Source: an uncultured Chloroflexia bacterium
GTDB lineage: Bacteria; Chloroflexota; Anaerolineae; Promineifilales; UBA4811
Reading direction: 5' to 3'
DNA: 64,000 nt
Assembly: GCA_963707345.1 (NCBI GenBank)
Contig: CAVPPE010000003.1
Span: forward strand, 318,352 to 382,351
Below, piece after piece: positions 63,420 to 64,000 of the stretch. The notes under the pieces were generated by a model. It was not told where the DNA came from, did no database searches, and was given only the letters and a program-made list of their open reading frames with translations. Each line of letters starts with the position of its first letter. The stretch's first letter is position 1. A program made the translations under genes and the position numbers.

Positions 63420-64000
63420 CTAATGGGTGTCCCGGGTGACGATGCTGACGACACGGCCGGGAACCACAATCACCTGCTCAACTGCCCGGCCGGCCAGGTG
63501 GCGAACGACTCTCTCGCTGCTCAGCGCCATCTTTCGGATGTCGCCCTCGGCCATGTCGGTTGACACCGTCAACCGGTCGCGCACCCGACCGTCCACCTGC
63601 ACCACCAGTGTGACAACCTCGTCCGCCGCCAGCGCCGGGTTCCAGTCCGGCCAGCGCTGCTGATGGATGCTATAGTCGCCTCCCAGCCGTTCCCACAACT
63701 CCTCTGCGATGTGCGGCGCAAAGGGGGCCAGCAACAGGACAAATGGGCGGGTGGTCTTGGCCAGCTCGGCCGTGGCCCCATGTTTTCGCCGGTGTGCTTC
63801 CATCTCATTCAGCAGCGTCATCAGCGCGGCGATGGCGGTGTTGAACTGGAACCCCTCGATCTTGCCGGTCACCTCGCGGATGGCCTGGTGTAACCGGCGG
63901 GGCAGATTGGTGGCGGGCTCATCCGCGCTGTTGCGCGGTTGGGCCGGGCCGGGTAGGCCCCCCAGTTCGTCCGCCAGCCGCCAAACCCGCTGTAGGAATC
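63420..64000 (-). CDS. leuS: Leucine--tRNA ligase, C-terminal part (5' end outside the window)
   Basis: My translation stays open to nt 64000 upstream of the track ORF: ...FLQRVWRLADE...LHQAIREVTGKIEGFQFNTAIAALMTLLNE...LLLAPFAPHIAEELWERLG...VVQVDGRVRDRL. This is the LeuRS anticodon-binding and C-terminal region. Confidence 0.9.
   Translation of the reverse strand, partial: FLQRVWRLADELGGLPGPAQPRNSADEPATNLPRRLHQAIREVTGKIEGFQFNTAIAALMTLLNEMEAHRRKHGATAELAKTTRPFVLLLAPFAPHIAEELWERLGGDYSIHQQRWPDWNPALAADEVVTLVVQVDGRVRDRLTVSTDMAEGDIRKMALSSERVVRHLAGRAVEQVIVVPGRVVSIVTRDTH

Noticed and set aside
1-64000. Search for rRNA, tRNA, tmRNA, CRISPR, prophage, integrase/transposase and classical defence genes
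   Set aside because: No intergenic region is long or structured enough for a tRNA or rRNA. No repeat-spacer arrays were seen. No translated ORF shows recombinase, transposase, nuclease-helicase or toxin-antitoxin hallmarks, apart from a plain XRE regulator/membrane protein pair.

Overview
GC-rich (roughly 63-65% by eye) bacterial chromosomal segment, almost fully coding, with about 58 protein genes on both strands. I recognise no rRNA, tRNA, CRISPR array, transposase or integrase. All family names come from motifs read in the supplied translations, not from database searches. The protein architectures (LAGC/LAAC lipoproteins, GT-C/propeller fusion, zinc-ribbon membrane protein, MoxR/DUF58/vWA block) suggest a Chloroflexota-like organism, but that is inference only.

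Layout:
- 1-4.0 kb: envelope proteins (PD40 propeller; glycosidase-like plus O-antigen-ligase-like fusion).
- 4.0-12.0 kb, minus strand: TetR-controlled HlyD/ABC-2 exporter operon with a palindromic operator.
- 12.1-17.1 kb: zinc-ribbon protein, L-asparaginase, rsfS, Crp/Fnr regulator, small membrane and SRPBCC genes.
- 17.1-20.6 kb, minus strand: YdjC-like / methyltransferase / GNAT / OSBS-NSAR-family operon.
- 20.9-36.9 kb, plus strand: alpha-glucan utilisation locus (ROK regulator, tandem-duplicated MalE-like binding lipoprotein, MalF/MalG-like permeases, two GH13, one GH57, a GT-C/beta-propeller fusion, an Ntn-type asparaginase).
- 37.0 kb: rubrerythrin.
- 37.6-51.1 kb, minus strand: ten-gene, translationally coupled operon. 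It combines a GldAFG-like ABC module, a DUF4175-like protein, a DinB-like protein, MoxR, an unknown 200-aa protein, an orphan histidine kinase, DUF58 and BatA/vWA.
- 51.2-55.0 kb: DUF503, DUF4230, XRE pair, prmC-prfA.
- 55.2-58.0 kb: small membrane protein plus VIT-vWA protein.
- 58.0-63.4 kb: ArsR-like and tandem winged-helix regulators, Fe-S protein, FHA-GAF-adenylate cyclase.
- 63.4-64.0 kb: 3' end of leuS.

Most notable:
- the in-frame duplicated solute-binding protein, with a mosaic of identical and diverged blocks;
- the MoxR operon with an embedded kinase;
- a two-copy intergenic hairpin-plus-tail repeat element;
- the split YbhGFSR-like exporter carrying lipid-enzyme genes;
- a strong window-wide excess of CGGCCG-type words.
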